Shown piece after piece: positions 63,179-64,000 of a DNA stretch of 64,000 nt (positions are counted from its first letter, which is position 1; every line of letters begins with the position of its first letter). The translations under genes were made by a program, and so were the position numbers. The notes below the pieces were generated by a model. That model had not been told where the DNA came from and made no database searches. It saw only the letters and a program-made list of their open reading frames with translations. This DNA is from Paramoeba atlantica (lineage: Eukaryota; Protista; Discosea), in assembly GCA_977017575.1 (NCBI GenBank), contig CDRNVI010000029.1, positions 682,001 to 746,000 of the forward strand, given 5' to 3'.

Positions 63179-64000
63179 ATGTTCTTTTCCCGACCACGAA
63201 GCCTTTTCATGTCCGGATTCTGCAAAGCCTATGACGAGTTCCGCGAGCGCTACGCTCGTTTCGAACTCGCCCGTAAATCCGAGAACCCCATCTCCTTCAA
63301 AGAGGCCATGACGGAGGACCTTAAAAAATCCCGCCACCCCAAACCCAAACGTGTCCGCACCGAGGAGCTCCTCATCACCACCACCGCCTCCCACATCGAG
63401 GCCGGTGGGGAGGTCTCCGAACAGGCCGTCCGCGACCAAACCCCCGCCTCCTTGGTCGCCGGAGGCCAGGCCACACTCCAAAAAGGCGCTCCTCTCCCCC
63501 AACTCCCCTATCTCACCAAGGAGTTCCTCCTGGAGGCCTCCACCCCCGGCGGGGAGCCCGATGTTTGTATGATCTGCAACCACTCCCTTCCCCTCAGCTG
63601 GGCGAACCACATCCACACCCCCCAGCACCGTATCACCGCCTCGACCTTTACGATTCTGCTCAACCGACACCGCGGCCAGGACGTGGACCAAATCTTTCGT
63701 GCCTTCACGGGTTCCGCGCTGCTCCACCCCGCGGGGTACTACGTGTGCCCCGAGCTGGTCGGGCAGATTGGGAGCGTAGCGGATATGGCCATGAAACTCC
63801 GTAGCGTGCTGTCCTATTTAAGGCGGGAGAGGGTACTGCAGTACTCGATGAGTTTGGTCGGGATGCGAGCGTGTTTTGAGCAAATGGAGCGGCTGGGGGA
63901 TTTGGTGCTGACCCCGATTATTAGTGATGTGTTGGGGTCGATTTTTGATGTGGATACGGAGTATAATTTAATGCCGATTCTGGCGCCTGGGTTGTCGAAT
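63179..64000 (+). CDS. RNA-editing core complex U1-zinc-finger/RNase III protein (KREN/KREPB family); runs off the window
   Basis: My translation from ATG 63179 (absent from the ORF track): presequence-like MFFSRPRSLF, then CMICNHSLPLSWANHIHTPQH (C2H2, U1/matrin-like) and FEQMERLGDLVL (RNase III signature). No stop before 64000. Confidence 0.75.
   Translation, partial: MFFSRPRSLFMSGFCKAYDEFRERYARFELARKSENPISFKEAMTEDLKKSRHPKPKRVRTEELLITTTASHIEAGGEVSEQAVRDQTPASLVAGGQATLQKGAPLPQLPYLTKEFLLEASTPGGEPDVCMICNHSLPLSWANHIHTPQHRITASTFTILLNRHRGQDVDQIFRAFTGSALLHPAGYYVCPELVGQIGSVADMAMKLRSVLSYLRRERVLQYSMSLVGMRACFEQMERLGDLVLTPIISDVLGSIFDVDTEYNLMPILAPGLSN

Noticed and set aside
1-64000. Spliced-leader RNA gene, rRNA, tRNA or snoRNA cluster
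   Set aside because: I saw no SL exon core (ACAGTTTCTGTAC), rRNA signature, cloverleaf or clustered C/D boxes; a covariance-model search could still find divergent RNAs.

Overview
Eukaryotic, intron-free, gene-dense window. All identified host genes lie on the + strand, like a kinetoplastid polycistronic cluster. Lineage markers are a U1-zinc-finger/RNase III editosome protein (KREN/KREPB), a Tc38/RBP38-domain protein, an HX10DY-type SDH4 and a CBP110/CBP80-like protein. Four short LRR genes resemble the family expanded in Perkinsela, so a Perkinsela-like prokinetoplastid is inferred, not proven. Housekeeping genes: SFM1, RRP6, UEV1, proteasome alpha-4, ARMC1, a SET protein, PEX12, a GMC oxidoreductase, a BTB protein, BMS1, XPB, BCKDH E1-alpha, class I fumarase, CCT4, RPE, La and a dsRBD protein. 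Intergenic DNA carries many DNA transposons (pogo/Tigger, Tc1, hAT, several MITEs, often nested) and two copies of a CRE/SLACS-clade retroelement not flanked by SL RNA sequence. The most unusual signal is about nine GC-rich islands of 0.5-1.4 kb. Each is C-rich on its left half and G-rich on its right half, ignores gene boundaries and reshapes protein composition. These are candidate replication-origin (or recombination) footprints. Skews and homologies were read by eye; none were computed or searched.
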